Shown here piece by piece: positions 33,036 through 44,903 of a stretch of DNA of 64,000 nucleotides. The DNA comes from an uncultured Methanosarcinaceae archaeon (GTDB lineage Archaea > Halobacteriota > Methanosarcinia > Methanosarcinales > Methanosarcinaceae). The notes beneath the pieces are model-generated. The model saw only the letters and a list, made by a program, of their open reading frames with translations. It searched no databases and was not told where the DNA came from. Every line of letters begins with the position of its first letter. Within the stretch, counting starts at the first letter, position 1. The DNA lies in assembly GCA_963733675.1 (NCBI GenBank), contig CAVTET010000001.1, positions 704,001 to 768,000 on the forward strand. Reading direction: 5' to 3'. A program made the position numbers and the translations under genes.

Positions 33036-33500
33036 AATTTTCTCCTTAAGGTTTTCAATTTTCTGTTTTCTCCAAGTGAGATTTATGTTCTTTATTTTTC
33101 TTAAGAGAATATTTATCTATAAGAGATGTGTTCACATAAGGCAACCTCTTATGTTTACTCTGCATGTGGGAGATACCTCAATCAAAGCTCGAAATAGGAA
33201 TAATTCTAAAATTATATTGATTTTTAAGGAAATAAAGGTACATGTAATCTTGAAATACAGGTCTATAGACTCTTTAGCATCTTATGGGATAGGAAAATTC
33301 ATCATTATTTCCCACTATCTACGGCTAGAAAGAATTCAAAAACAGAATATAATAAAAATTTTAAGATTCAGGATGTAATACTCTCACTTTAAAACATGTT
33401 TACTTTAAACGTAATCACTTATGTACAAGCTTATATCTGATTGGTAAAGCTTATGTCCGAATATTCTTGTAATTAATCTTGTAATCTCAGGGGGAAAAAA

Positions 33501-34460
33501 ATGGATTTTCATGCTTCTATTAAAAAACTTACAACTTCAGTCAAAAGTGCAAAAATAGTCCCGAATATGACTGTAGATGAGCTTGTAACTGAATACGGTG
33601 GTTGTGCCTTTGGAGCAGGCAGGCTGGCTGAGGCTGTGGACATATATTATGAGATGCTGGGTTCCGAAAAAACGACTAAATTTTTTGGACTCGCAGGTGC
33701 CATGACTCCTGCAGGCATGAGAATAATCATTGCGGATCTTATACGCGATGGGCACATCGATGTCCTTGTAACTACTGGAGCTAATATGGTTCATGATACA
33801 GTTGAAGCTCTGGGTCTTCACCACTATAAGGATACTGATTGTTCAAATGATATCCAGCTGAGACATGAATGTATAAACAGAATTTATGATGTATATCTTC
33901 CTGACCAGCATTTTGCCGATCTTGAGGAGTTTTTGCAGAGAGTTTATGCCGGGCTTCCGGAGGAAAAGCTTTCTATCCGGCAAGTCCTTACAGAAATAGG
34001 GAATAACCTGGATGATGAATCTTCCATTTTGAAAACCGCAGCCGAGCTGGAAGTTCCAATTTATTGCCCCGCCCTACAGGACTCTGTTATGGGTCTTCAA
34101 GCATGGTTGTACAAGGAAGGAAATCCTCTGCATGTAGATGCTTTTGCTGATATGCACGAATACATGGAAATATGCTATGAGGCTGAAAGTGCTGGTGTAT
34201 TGTTGCTTGGGGGTGGAGTCCCAAAAAACTATATTCTCCAGTCCATGCTTGTGACTCCTAAGTCTTTTGACTATGCAATTCAACTTACAATGGATAGCCC
34301 TGAAACAGGCGGTTTGAGTGGGGCAACTCTTGACGAAGCCAAGTCTTGGGGAAAGGTAGGCGAAAATGCGAAATCAGTAACTGTATATGCAGACGCAACT
34401 ATCACTCTTCCGATAATGGTCGCAGCTGTGCGGACTCGTCTTTTAAAAGATGTGATTTAA
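33501..34460 (+). CDS. dys: Deoxyhypusine synthase
   Basis: [38 protein letters not shown]. Confidence 0.95.
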   Translation: MDFHASIKKLTTSVKSAKIVPNMTVDELVTEYGGCAFGAGRLAEAVDIYYEMLGSEKTTKFFGLAGAMTPAGMRIIIADLIRDGHIDVLVTTGANMVHDTVEALGLHHYKDTDCSNDIQLRHECINRIYDVYLPDQHFADLEEFLQRVYAGLPEEKLSIRQVLTEIGNNLDDESSILKTAAELEVPIYCPALQDSVMGLQAWLYKEGNPLHVDAFADMHEYMEICYEAESAGVLLLGGGVPKNYILQSMLVTPKSFDYAIQLTMDSPETGGLSGATLDEAKSWGKVGENAKSVTVYADATITLPIMVAAVRTRLLKDVI

Positions 34461-35125
34461 TGGAAAAGAATACATGTATAATTCTTGCCCTGGACGTACC
34501 CGAGAGGGAAGAAGCACTGAGAATTGCGGAAGATGTTCAGGAATTTGTAGATGGAATAAAAGTAGGTTATCCTCTAATACTTGCCACAGGGCTTGAGATT
34601 ATCAGGGAACTTGCCAATTTTGCCCCTGTAATAGCAGATTTCAAGGTTGCAGATATCCCAAATACCAACCGCCTTATCTGTGAGCAGGTTTTTGAAGCAG
34701 GAGCAAATGCAATTATTGTTCAGGGTTTTACTGGGAGAGACAGCCTTGATGCCTGCATTGAAGTAGCCTTCAAGTTTGGAAAAGATGTTTTTGTTGTAAC
34801 TGAAATGAGCCATCCGGGTGGAGCCGAATTTCTGCAGCCTGCAGCAGAAATAATCGCAAAGATGGCTGCTGAAGCAGGAGCTTTCGGGCTTGTTGCTCCT
34901 GCCACCAGGCCTGAAAGGATAAAAAAGCTTAGAAATATTATTGGAGACGAACTTGCTATTATTTCCCCTGGAGTAGGTGCTCAGGGAGGAGTAGCCTCTA
35001 AAGCGATTTCTGCAGGTGCAGACTGGGTAATTGTAGGAAGGACTATATATGGGGCAGAATCACCAAAAAAAGCTGTTTACGAGATTGTTAAGGAAATTGA
35101 TACTGAGCTTAGAGGGGATAGCTGA
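34460..35125 (+). CDS. pyrF: Orotidine 5'-phosphate decarboxylase
   Basis: [35 protein letters not shown]. Confidence 0.97.
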   Translation: MEKNTCIILALDVPEREEALRIAEDVQEFVDGIKVGYPLILATGLEIIRELANFAPVIADFKVADIPNTNRLICEQVFEAGANAIIVQGFTGRDSLDACIEVAFKFGKDVFVVTEMSHPGGAEFLQPAAEIIAKMAAEAGAFGLVAPATRPERIKKLRNIIGDELAIISPGVGAQGGVASKAISAGADWVIVGRTIYGAESPKKAVYEIVKEIDTELRGDS

Positions 35126-35153
35126 AGAGTATTTTTCTGAAATGTATTTCTAT

Positions 35154-35240
35154 TGGGACTTTGATAAATCTATAAATTTCGTCGTATGCTTATAAATGTT
35201 ATATACCTGACTTGTGAATCAGAGGTTTATCAAAATGCCT
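35154..35240. repeat. Repeat family A copy
   Basis: GGACTTTGATAAATC...GAGGTTTATCAAAATGCC, just after pyrF. Confidence 0.75.
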
Positions 35241-35453
35241 TTATATTAACCATATGTTATTTGAACATAAATCAGATGCCTATGATGAAAAATTTAGCTG
35301 ATTCCATGATGAACCCTATGAGTTCTGAGGCATCAAAATTGAGTGGCTCGTAAATCAAATACTAAGAAAACCAAGAGTAAGCAGGTTTATATTAGCGAAT
35401 GCTGAAATGTTTTAATGCGACTAAGAAATTTCAAGATTTAATAGAGAAATTCT

Positions 35454-36249
35454 GGTTCCGTTGCAAAAAATCCTTTCTAATGATACAATAGAATAAAAAG
35501 AAAACCAAAGATAGTAACATGCTATCTAATTCCTTTAAATGGAAGCATTATGAAGGGGAAATTATCTTATTGAATGTAAGATGGTACTTAAAATATGTAT
35601 TAAGTTATAGAAATTTAAAGGAAATGATGGCAGAAAGGGGAGTAAAAGTCGACCATACAACAATCATGAGATGGGTACATCAATATTCCCCTGAAATAGA
35701 AAAGAAGATAAGAAGACATTTAAGACCAACAAATGATTCGTGGAGAGTTGATGAAACCTATATCAAAGTAAAAGGTAAATGGAAATATTTTTACCGAGCA
35801 GTTGACTCAAATGGAGATACAATTGATTTCATGTTAAGTTCAAAACGAGATAGAAAGGCAGCGAAGAGATTCTTTAAGAAAGCTTTAAGTTCTAATCATA
35901 ATCAAATTCCAAGATTAATAACCGTTGATAAGAATCCAGCTTATCCACCTGCTATAGATAAACTAAAAATTGATAAAATACTACCTAAAAACGTAGGCAT
36001 TCGACAAATCAAGTATTTGAATAACATTATAGAACAAGATCACAGATCTATAAAGAGAATCGTTAATCCAATGTTAGGATTTCAGTCTTTTCGATCTGCG
36101 GTTCCGTTGCAAAAATAATATTTCTGCATTTTGACACTATAATTTTCACCTTTATGTATCATTTTCTTTCTAATGAATATGATTAACTTTCCTAATTGTG
36201 AAGGTTTTTTCTGATTTTGCAAGAAAGCCATATTTTTTGCAACGGAATC
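35454..36249 (+). mobile_element. IS6-family element, C-terminally truncated, ending in a 150-bp mini-element
   Basis: TIR GGTTCCGTTGCAAAAA at 35454, repeated at 36100; inverted copy TTTTTGCAACGGAATC ends at 36249. Confidence 0.9.
35519..36118 (+). CDS. IS6-family DDE transposase (C-terminus lost)
   Basis: FKWKHYEGEII..VRWYL, WRVDETYIKVKGKW, TVDKNPAY, YLNNIIEQDHR; stops just after GFQSFRSA. Confidence 0.9.
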   Translation: MLSNSFKWKHYEGEIILLNVRWYLKYVLSYRNLKEMMAERGVKVDHTTIMRWVHQYSPEIEKKIRRHLRPTNDSWRVDETYIKVKGKWKYFYRAVDSNGDTIDFMLSSKRDRKAAKRFFKKALSSNHNQIPRLITVDKNPAYPPAIDKLKIDKILPKNVGIRQIKYLNNIIEQDHRSIKRIVNPMLGFQSFRSAVPLQK

Positions 36250-36975
36250 TTATTTCAGGAATCTCTTCCTGGAAGGCCGTTAATCAAATCATAGAAAACC
36301 TTTTCACAAAATGTTCGTGATAAAGGTATTCTGATAAGATGGGCCATGGACTGAAAAATATCTCGAATCACTACATTCAAGCTTCAAATATGTCTTAAAT
36401 CTATAGATCACCTGGCAATGAAATCGAAGCTTTGGAGAAATAAAGTTTTAATTATTTTCATGAAAAGTGTAGACTGGAAATGAGTATTTTAATGTCAGTT
36501 CCTAGTATTGGATAAATTGGTGCACAACTTTAATTGCTGAAATAGGCAATAGCAAGATTTTTTCTTCAGGGAATAAGCTTGCTCCTTAGATTGAAATGGT
36601 TCCATATGGAGATCAATCTGAGGATAAATTTTACAACTGTAAATGTCTAAAAAGTGAATCAAAGAAAGCAAGGTGGAGCCTAATCCAAATTACTCATAAA
36701 TCAGCAGGAAAGAAGAGTAGCAATTTAAAAGAGTTGTTTAATCGTAAGAAAAAAAATCAATAGACCTGAAAGACAATTAATTGCATCGGAAAGGAGAATT
36801 GACACAATAATACAACATATGATTACAGATGACAAGATCTACAAAGATGAAACTGGATATCAAAAGGAGGGAACTCAAAAGAGGTAAATTGTTGAGGTTG
36901 AGACATTCTAGGTTGAGAAATATATAAACATAATTAGTGAAATTATCACAGTTATGGAAAAAGAGTACTTAAGTA
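36250..36975 (+). pseudogene. IS110-family transposase C-terminal remnant
   Basis: Across frames: ILMSVPSIG*IGA.TLIAEIGN..FSSGNKLA...QSEDKFYN...SKKARWSLIQ...LKELFNRKK...TIIQHMITDDKIYKDETGYQK. Confidence 0.75.
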
Positions 36976-38149
36976 ACCCAGTTTAGTTACATACTTTCAT
37001 GTTAAAGATATCATCTTTGTTTAAATAAGTTCTTATTAAAACTGTAATTGGACTTTAGTTAAATAAATATTTTTATTAAAATTAATCTTTTAATAAATAA
37101 ATTCATAGCAGTTTGAAATTTAATATACATATCAAAAAGCTATTTATATTGGGCTATACTATCAATTTCTTGGAGATATTTTATCATATGTTGGAATTTT
37201 TATGTTACTAAGTGTCATACCTTATAATACTATAATTCCTTATGTACTTCAGTAATTTTGGGGCTTATTTATACTTCTTTCTTTAAAAGAGGTTATGTTA
37301 TCATCAGAAGCATGGGACACATATCTTAATAGTTCTTTTAATCTGGCAATCACACCTCTACTTTTTTGTCTTGCAGCGATCATCTGTTACAAACTTGGAG
37401 CTATTATTTAACTTCAAACTAGATAGGGGTTTTAATAAGACACATGTAAATTTGTAATATTAAGAAGTAAAAAGTTCATATTTTGTTTGCTATCCACATT
37501 TTTTTTATTTGGATTGCTTATTTGTCCAGTAGAAGCGTTGATTATAAGGGGTATTTTTCTGTCAAAACAAGTGCTCTGAGATCTCATGACAATGAATGGT
37601 ACTGCATCACTGGGCTAAATGCCAGATTGCTTTTGAAAAGAGTGCCCTGTTTCCTAGGGTATGTATCAACTCTTTATTGATGGTATAAAACTAGATGGTA
37701 CAGATCGTTCTACTGTCAAGGCTTATGGAGTACAGGATTTGCACTTGGAGATAAAAAAATATCATATGGCTCAACTTCCAGTCAGAAGGTTTTGGAGGAA
37801 TCGCACCAAAGCTAGCACATATGTCCTACACTCGAATTACGATGTTCACATCTACGGTATTGTCAGCGGAACTTCTCCGATTGTGTACATTACACTTACA
37901 TATTTTCAGGATTCTCATTCGAAGACCTATGAGGATCCTGAAAATAGGTAAGTGAAATTGGGACAAAAGGATGTAATTTTCATAATTTATTCGCTCGAAA
38001 GATCTAAGCGAGCGAATCGGACTTTTTGATAGTGAAGCTAAATTCTGCTGGCGATGCATTTACATGCAAGGTGAACATACAATGTGTAGAATTCCAACAA
38101 AAAGGAAGATATGCTAAAAATCATATCAGAAAATTATAGAGGATTAGGA

Positions 38150-38617
38150 ATGACTGTGTGGAAAGAAAAGAAAGTGGTTCTGCATACAACTATGGGCGAC
38201 ATAACAATTAAGTTTTCTGAAGACATGCCAATAACAGTAGGAAACTTTGCAAAACTTGTGGACAAAGGATTCTATGATGGAATTATCTTCCACAGGATCA
38301 TCGATAAATTTATGATTCAAAGCGGGGATCCCACCGGAACGGGTATGGGAGGCCCAGGATATGAAATCCCAGACGAATTCACAAAGGATAACCATAACTA
38401 TAGGGGAACTATCGCAATGGCAAATGTAGGCCCAAATACGGGAGGCAGTCAGTTCTTTATCAACCTTGTGGACAATAACTATCTCGACAAAATGCATCCT
38501 GTTTTCGGGAAGGTAATAGCCGGCATGGAAGTTGTGGATGATATTGGAAAGGTGAAAACTGACCGTCAAGATAGCCCTAAAACGGAAGTTAAAATTATAA
38601 AGGCTGAACTGGTATAA
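38150..38617 (+). CDS. Cyclophilin-type peptidyl-prolyl cis-trans isomerase
   Basis: FYDGIIFHRIIDKFMIQSGDPTGTG, IAMANVGPNTGGSQFFI, HPVFGKV. Confidence 0.95.
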   Translation: MTVWKEKKVVLHTTMGDITIKFSEDMPITVGNFAKLVDKGFYDGIIFHRIIDKFMIQSGDPTGTGMGGPGYEIPDEFTKDNHNYRGTIAMANVGPNTGGSQFFINLVDNNYLDKMHPVFGKVIAGMEVVDDIGKVKTDRQDSPKTEVKIIKAELV

Positions 38618-38639
38618 AGTTTCTTATTTTGAGTCATTT

Positions 38640-38728
38640 TAGATATTTCGATAAACCCTTGATTTTCACGAGTTATGATATTATTATTTATAATCATATG
38701 AAGAAATTTAGGGAATTATTAAGATTTT
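38640..38728. repeat. Repeat family A copy
   Basis: AGATATTTCGATAAACCCTTGATTTTCACGAG...AAATTTAGGGAATTATTAAGAT. Confidence 0.75.
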
Positions 38729-39062
38729 TTTTAATATTAATTTAGTGCATTGGAGATTTTCAACATTTTTTGCCACAATCAATATTTATTCATTATGCAA
38801 GATTTGTTTTATTAAAAGAACATTGTCATACAAAAAGTGGCTCATCTTATTTTAAATATGAAGAAACAACTGTTATAGGATAAATATAATGTTATATTTA
38901 ATTTATAATGGAAATATAAGAGAACTACTGTTATACTTGATATTTCATGCACTATCAAAGCACTAATATATTCTATTAAAATGTAAAATGTACTCAGTAT
39001 ATCATACTGATAGCTTCACTTATCTTATAGATAGGAACTTTATTTCCAGAGGTGTCTGACAT

Positions 39063-40250
39063 ATGGACTTCGATGCAATTGATGATTTTGTACATAAAAT
39101 AATTGGGATAATTGGATCGGATAAAAGAAACCTCCTCTGCGCCGTCACTTTTGCTATTGAACATGCAGACAAGATGTCCTTTCCACCCGAACTCTTGTTT
39201 GAGATTTCTAATGCTTGTAAAAAGCAGAAAATGTTTATGGCAGAGTACGTTTTTGCAAAGGCTTGTTTTTCAAAGGCTTGTGGGGGAATCCGTGAAGAAG
39301 CTTGTGTCGCAATGGGTACCGCAGCACATTTTATGGGTTTTTCCCTCGAAACTGAAACAAGCTATATCGAAATTCTAAAAGAAACCCCTGATAATGCGGA
39401 TGTCAGATGTGCATATGCAGAGCTTTTGTTTGAACTCAAAAAGATCACGGAAGCTGAAAAGGAATATAAAACGATACTTAAAACCTTTTCAACACATTTA
39501 AAAGCAAATACCGGATATGCTTATCTCTTAGCCGAATATGGCTACACGAGAGAAGCAGAAGAATACTATTCCAGAGCACTTGATGTTGATCCTAATTATG
39601 TACCTGCCAGAGGTGGGTATGCAAATCTTCTTTTTAAAATTGGAAGAATCAGAGATGCTGAAAAAGAATATAAACTTGCAATGAAACTAGACCCTGAAGA
39701 CCCAAGCCTACATCACAACTGTGGTGCTTTACTCTATTTCCTAGGACGTTATTCAGAAGCCGAAGTTGAGTACAGAAAAGCTCTTGACCTGGACCCGAGG
39801 CAAAGACGAACTCTCTTCAATTACGGAAACCTTCTCGCAAGAGAAGGCAGATTTTCGGAAGCACAGGCACATTATTTGGAAGCACTTACCCTTGATCAAA
39901 ATGATGCAAAAATTCATTCCAATTATGCGAATCTTTTGGCCCGCTTTGGAAGAAGACACGAAGCTGAAATAGAATATAATAAAGCTCTCAGTTTGGATAC
40001 TGAAAGTACAGAAGGGCATTATAGCTATGGAAACCTACTTTTGGAGATGGCGCGCTTATCAGAAGCTGAAATTGAGTACAAAAAAGCTATTGATCTAAAC
40101 CCGTATTATCCTCCTATTCACTATAGTTATGGTCTTCTTATGAGAAAAATGGGACGCTTTGAAGAAGCCAAAAAACAGTACATAAAAGCCATGCAACTTG
40201 ACCCTGATATAGGAAGTAAAATGATAGAAACTTGGATTATTCTTGATTGA
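39063..40250 (+). CDS. Tetratricopeptide repeat protein
   Basis: About eight 34-aa repeats of the form NYGNLL...GR.SEAE.EY.KAL.LDP. Confidence 0.93.
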   Translation: MDFDAIDDFVHKIIGIIGSDKRNLLCAVTFAIEHADKMSFPPELLFEISNACKKQKMFMAEYVFAKACFSKACGGIREEACVAMGTAAHFMGFSLETETSYIEILKETPDNADVRCAYAELLFELKKITEAEKEYKTILKTFSTHLKANTGYAYLLAEYGYTREAEEYYSRALDVDPNYVPARGGYANLLFKIGRIRDAEKEYKLAMKLDPEDPSLHHNCGALLYFLGRYSEAEVEYRKALDLDPRQRRTLFNYGNLLAREGRFSEAQAHYLEALTLDQNDAKIHSNYANLLARFGRRHEAEIEYNKALSLDTESTEGHYSYGNLLLEMARLSEAEIEYKKAIDLNPYYPPIHYSYGLLMRKMGRFEEAKKQYIKAMQLDPDIGSKMIETWIILD

Positions 40251-40255
40251 ATTAA

Positions 40256-40344
40256 AGAGAATTTCGATAAACGCCTAAATTTCGTCATATGATTATAAAC
40301 AATAATATCATAATTCGTGGAAATCAGAGATTATCGAAATCCAC
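40256..40344. repeat. Repeat family A copy
   Basis: AGAGAATTTCGATAAACGCC...GAGATTATCGAAATCC; a near reverse complement of the 38640 copy. Confidence 0.8.
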
Positions 40345-40634
40345 TAAAAATTTGTTTTGTTTGAAAAATCCAATATTCCACATTTTGCTAAAAATTTCGC
40401 CTCTACTTTTATTTCATCCATTTACCCAATACATTCAATCACTGTTCTAACTCTTAACTTTCGTTTCAGTCATCCTTCGATGAGAAGTACAAATATATTA
40501 AATTTGAACTTTTTCTCACCTATAACCTTATGTCCTCATTTAACCATATATAATTTTTTTTACCAAGGCACCTCACTTCTTCCCCACAAAAACTATATCA
40601 GCCTATAAAAAGATATCATATTAACATTTTTAGA

Positions 40635-40775
40635 CCCGCCACTCTACAGATGTGCATGTATGTAGAAATTATTTTCCTATTTGCACACTATCATTCATTG
40701 AAACTGAGCTTAATTTTTAAGTTACTGTCATATTGAGAAAATAGATGGCACTCTTGTATACATCAGCGGAAACTA
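40635..40775. repeat. Repeat family B copy
   Basis: CTACAGATGTGCA...TTAATTTTTAAGTTACTGTCATATTGAGAAAATAGATGGCACTCTTGTATACATCAGCGGAAA. Confidence 0.75.
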
Positions 40776-41103
40776 GGATTTATATTAAACTAACGAATTG
40801 ATTACAATTCCAAAAACATAAATTGTTTTGAAAGCGAATATTCATATATAAGGTATTTACATTATAGTCCACTGAAGTAAAAAGTACAGAATAAGCTTCC
40901 TCTTCCTTTTTAGTGTGTTCCATGTGTTTGTTCTTTCAATTTTGAATTTGTGATTAATGAAAAGATTTATGCATTTGAAAATAAATACATTTTTCTAAGT
41001 TTTAGAATTGTCAATTTTTATGTGAGGTATAAGCAATAATAGATATCAAGTTGATCTTTTACTAAGTTTTTGATGTAACTATAAGTCTCAAAATATGACA
41101 TCT

Positions 41104-41194
41104 TTTAATATCATCTGGAGTCATCAAAATTTATCATTAATTCAGCTAGCAATTGACTGCAATTAATCAAAGAAAACAGAAAATAATAAAAAGT
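41104..41194 (+). repeat. Left arm of a 91-bp inverted repeat
   Basis: 90/91 identical to the reverse complement of 42511-42601. Confidence 0.95.
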
Positions 41195-42510
41195 CTCAAC
41201 TTCTACCAAAACTTATTCCCCTAAATAACAAATAGTTAATTAATTTTTAAAGTTTTGATCTTTAGCATCATCTTCAGAAAAGACATAATTGGGATCTTTT
41301 TTCGCTCCCTCCATATATTAAAAATTTTAACAATGCTAGTGTGGATTAAATAGTTCTTGAAGGTTCCTATTCTTACTTTAGGTGAAATATTTTCAGATTC
41401 TTTTTTTCTATAACACCACAAACTTTCTGTACACTCTGATTTTGAAAGCTATCGAAAATTTTGTAAATTCTAAATGGGTCCATACTCTTTGTCTACACAA
41501 CAGAAAAACAGGATTTATTTTTTCATCGATACATAGTTTTTGTGCTAAAATCTCTGAATTTCTGAAGTTCAATCCAGAATAAGAAAAACATTGATGAGTT
41601 ATTACTTATGGAGCTTATGGGCCTCATAGAGCATATGGATCTCATGGAACACTTTGAATTAATTAAACTAAATCAAAATCCAAAATAGAAATTTTCAGAA
41701 AAAAATGGGGTAGTAATTTTAAATAAAATTAAAAACATGAATCAACTGAATCAGAAAGTTAATTTTTTGGTACCACACTCTCACGTAACAAATTTCTACC
41801 AAAGTTCTCTATCTTTTTACTTTCAGTAGAATAACTTTTTGAGATATTTTTTCATACTGTTTACATTTTTATATCTGAATATCAGTGAAGCAGCAATCTT
41901 TAATCCCAAGAAGTTGCTGTTATGGTTAGTGGGACCAGGATTACGTACATTTGAAACTAATTAGTTGACATTATTGCTATATCGAGTATGTGAAAACACA
42001 GATATTATATCATTCTCAGCTAACATATCATGATGCATAAATGCACCATGGAATAGATCCTAAAATAAAATGTTTTAGTGTAGTTATTGTCTGTAAGTGA
42101 ACATTTGTCATGGAACTCTCCAGATCTTCTCCCAGGCTGCAGATATCTCTTTCCTGCAACTTATAAGATAGACTTTTTTGAGACATCATTGATAACTATA
42201 AGACTTCAATCATCCACTGCTGTTGTCATGGTTAAGAAATAAAATTAAGAGATGTAGGTGGAAGCTCACCTTGATCTATCCAGGGTTTTATTTCCAATAT
42301 TTCTCTCCATTTCTATAAATACGATCCTTCAGTTCCATATGAAGACCCTTCAGCCCGATCTGACGATTCTTCAGCTGCGTCAGGCGATATGCACTTCGAT
42401 TTTATTTTTAAAAGTATATGATGTTGTAAATTCTATTCTCTTTTGATGTACTTAGATGTACATGCTTAAAGATGTTTATTTTTGTCACCGTAGTTATTTT
42501 AAATTAAGAA

Positions 42511-42601
42511 ACTTTTTATTATTTTCTGTTTTCTTTGATTAATTGCAGTCAATTGCTAGCTGAATTAATGATATATTTTGATGACTCCAGATGATATTAA
42601 A
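42511..42601 (-). repeat. Right arm of a 91-bp inverted repeat
   Basis: Reverse complement of 41104-41194 with one mismatch. Confidence 0.95.
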
Positions 42602-42791
42602 TAATTTCTAAATGTATAAATGATTTCTCAAAAATCTCTATACTTTGTTCAAATGCACTCTTTTTAGCTACCCTGCACACAGGTAACCAAACAAAAAACC
42701 ATACAATGTAGTGAATAATAATGCTCAGATCAAGTATACAGCTTGTCTGATAGATATCAATTCATTTTTCTGGACAACATACTTTTGATTC

Positions 42792-43931
42792 TTATTTTAA
42801 TCTAATATCACCTTTTTTTGGATCATTAGAAAGATCCCTGTTTTCTTCAAACCATCTACAGTATTCTTCAGGGCATTGTATCTCAGGGCACTTATGTATA
42901 TATTCCAGGATATCTCTCATTTTCGCACTGGCCATTGATACTGATACATCTGCACTTCCATAATAAATACGAATTTCATCCTCCACTAAGACCCATCCGC
43001 AAGGGAACACAACATCATTAACGTCTCCACTACGTTCATACATTTCACGAGGCCCGAAAACCCATCCTTCAGATCTGTGAAGCACTTTCCGAGGATTTTC
43101 AAGATCAAGAAGAGCTAATCCAAGTCGATAACTTGCTTTAGATGTCGTTTGGCGTACTCCATGGTACATAATTAACCATCCATCAGATGTGCGAATAGGT
43201 TGTGGAGATAAACCTATCTTGTTAGCATCCCACCATCCACCTTCACGAGCATACAGAAGAACCTCGTGTTCTCCCCAGTATTTCATATCTGGAGAAAAGG
43301 ATATCCATATATTCGCCTTTGAGCCCTGCATACCGGATACCGGTCGATGTAACATTGCCCACTTACCATCAATTCTTACAGGAAAAACAGCAGCATCTTT
43401 ATTTTCAGGAGGTAGGACAGCTCCTACTCGATCAAAATTACAAAAATCTTCTGTAAAGGCAAGAGCTGGTAGAGGACCAGAATCCGAAAAAGCCGTGTAT
43501 GCTACAGCCCATTTTCCCATCTCATCGATGTAAGTTATACGCGCATCTTCAATGCCGTATATCTCTTCAGGGTAGTTTATAGGATCTGGAGCAAAGGTTG
43601 GTTTACTGTCAATCTCCCAGCCATCAATTCCATTCTTACTCCTGGCTACCGTGAAATGAGAAAAGCCCCTGTAATCTTCAACACGCACCATTAATAAAGT
43701 CATCCCATTAACGATAGCTGCTGCAGGATTAAATACTGAATGGGCCTGGTACGGCCAATCTTCAACAGTAAGTATAGGATTTTTCTTACACCTTTGGAAT
43801 AGCTCTCCACGCCCTTTCCATATTATGTTATCTTTCTCTACTGAGTGGACATTATGTGGCAAATCTTCAAAGATAAGTGTAGAATTTTCCTCATCTCTTT
43901 GGAACAGCTCTTTGTGATCTTTTAATATCAT
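42792..43931 (-). CDS. GH130-like glycosidase/phosphorylase (copy 2)
   Basis: NPIL, SVFNPAA, GIEDARIT, ENKDAAVFP, MLHRP, WLIMYHGV, GDVNDVVFPCG, YYGSAD. Confidence 0.9.
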   Translation of the reverse strand: MILKDHKELFQRDEENSTLIFEDLPHNVHSVEKDNIIWKGRGELFQRCKKNPILTVEDWPYQAHSVFNPAAAIVNGMTLLMVRVEDYRGFSHFTVARSKNGIDGWEIDSKPTFAPDPINYPEEIYGIEDARITYIDEMGKWAVAYTAFSDSGPLPALAFTEDFCNFDRVGAVLPPENKDAAVFPVRIDGKWAMLHRPVSGMQGSKANIWISFSPDMKYWGEHEVLLYAREGGWWDANKIGLSPQPIRTSDGWLIMYHGVRQTTSKASYRLGLALLDLENPRKVLHRSEGWVFGPREMYERSGDVNDVVFPCGWVLVEDEIRIYYGSADVSVSMASAKMRDILEYIHKCPEIQCPEEYCRWFEENRDLSNDPKKGDIRLK

Positions 43932-43944
43932 GTTATCTTCCTAA

Positions 43945-44144
43945 TTTCATTTAATGTATTTATAACATATTCTATATCTTTGCAGAGCCCTAGTCTCTGC
44001 TTCATCACTCACTCTGGATTGCAAGAATTTACTGAATACTTTGTTTTCAGATTTATTCAAAAAACTTAAAGCTATACGGTAACAAATTACGGGTTCTGTA
44101 TCTATATTATAGTTAATGCTGTCGCTGATGAATCCATTGTAGAC
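43945..44144 (-). pseudogene. 3' remnant of a second copy of the large GT4 glycosyltransferase
   Basis: Aligns with 47743-47906 (TGCAGAGCCC...GCTTCATCACT.ACTCTGG...CAAATTAC...GTCGCTG...AGAC). Confidence 0.7.
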
Positions 44145-44481
44145 GACACCTACTTAATACAAACATTATTAATATTTAACACTTGTTAAAATTTAATACA
44201 TTGCATATGGGATCACTTCTTGCTCAGAAGCATTTGTTAATATCATTTAAAATCATTATAAAATTATTAAATAACATTTATTTAACCTAATTCATGCATT
44301 ATTTTTAAACTATTTTACTAAATAAATTTATTCAATTAAGTTCTTGCAGTAGAACCAATGGTATAATTAGCATATAAATAGTACCGAATAAAACTAAGTT
44401 GGATAGTTTATTTGTTCCAATTTTCCGCACAGGTATATAAAAAATGATATAGATTTTCTTAATATGATAGTAGCTTATAAT

Positions 44482-44575
44482 ATAGAATATTTCGATAAAT
44501 CTCTCATTTTCAAGAGTCATTCATATACCTTTTATAAGCAGAAGACAAAATTTAGAGATTTATCGAAGTCCTATA
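44482..44575. repeat. Repeat family A copy
   Basis: ATAGAATATTTCGATAAATCTCT...AGAGATTTATCGAAGTCCTATA. Confidence 0.8.
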
Positions 44576-44903
44576 TTATCTAACTTTTGGATAATAATAG
44601 GCAAATTGGCAAACAATTTCTACATCTATAGAACTTAGGTTATGAAGTTACAAGGATGATACAAATATTCGGATTAAATTTTTGATTAACTTCTTCACAT
44701 AGTTAAACGCTGCGATAGGTTAAAAAGGTACTCTTATACTAACAAAAAAGAGTATCAGAGATTCAATCATGTACTATTATTTTCTTTCATAAAAGGAAAA
44801 TGTAATACGAATCACAGAAAATATGATATTGAATCAAAAAACTTATATGTATTTTGCAATATAGATCGTCTTCCAAAATAAGAGCGCATTAAATACATCT
44901 CTT

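Noticed and set aside
37180-37951. Short hydrophobic frame and 96-aa ORF
   Set aside because: They look like gene remnants, but I cannot assign a family.
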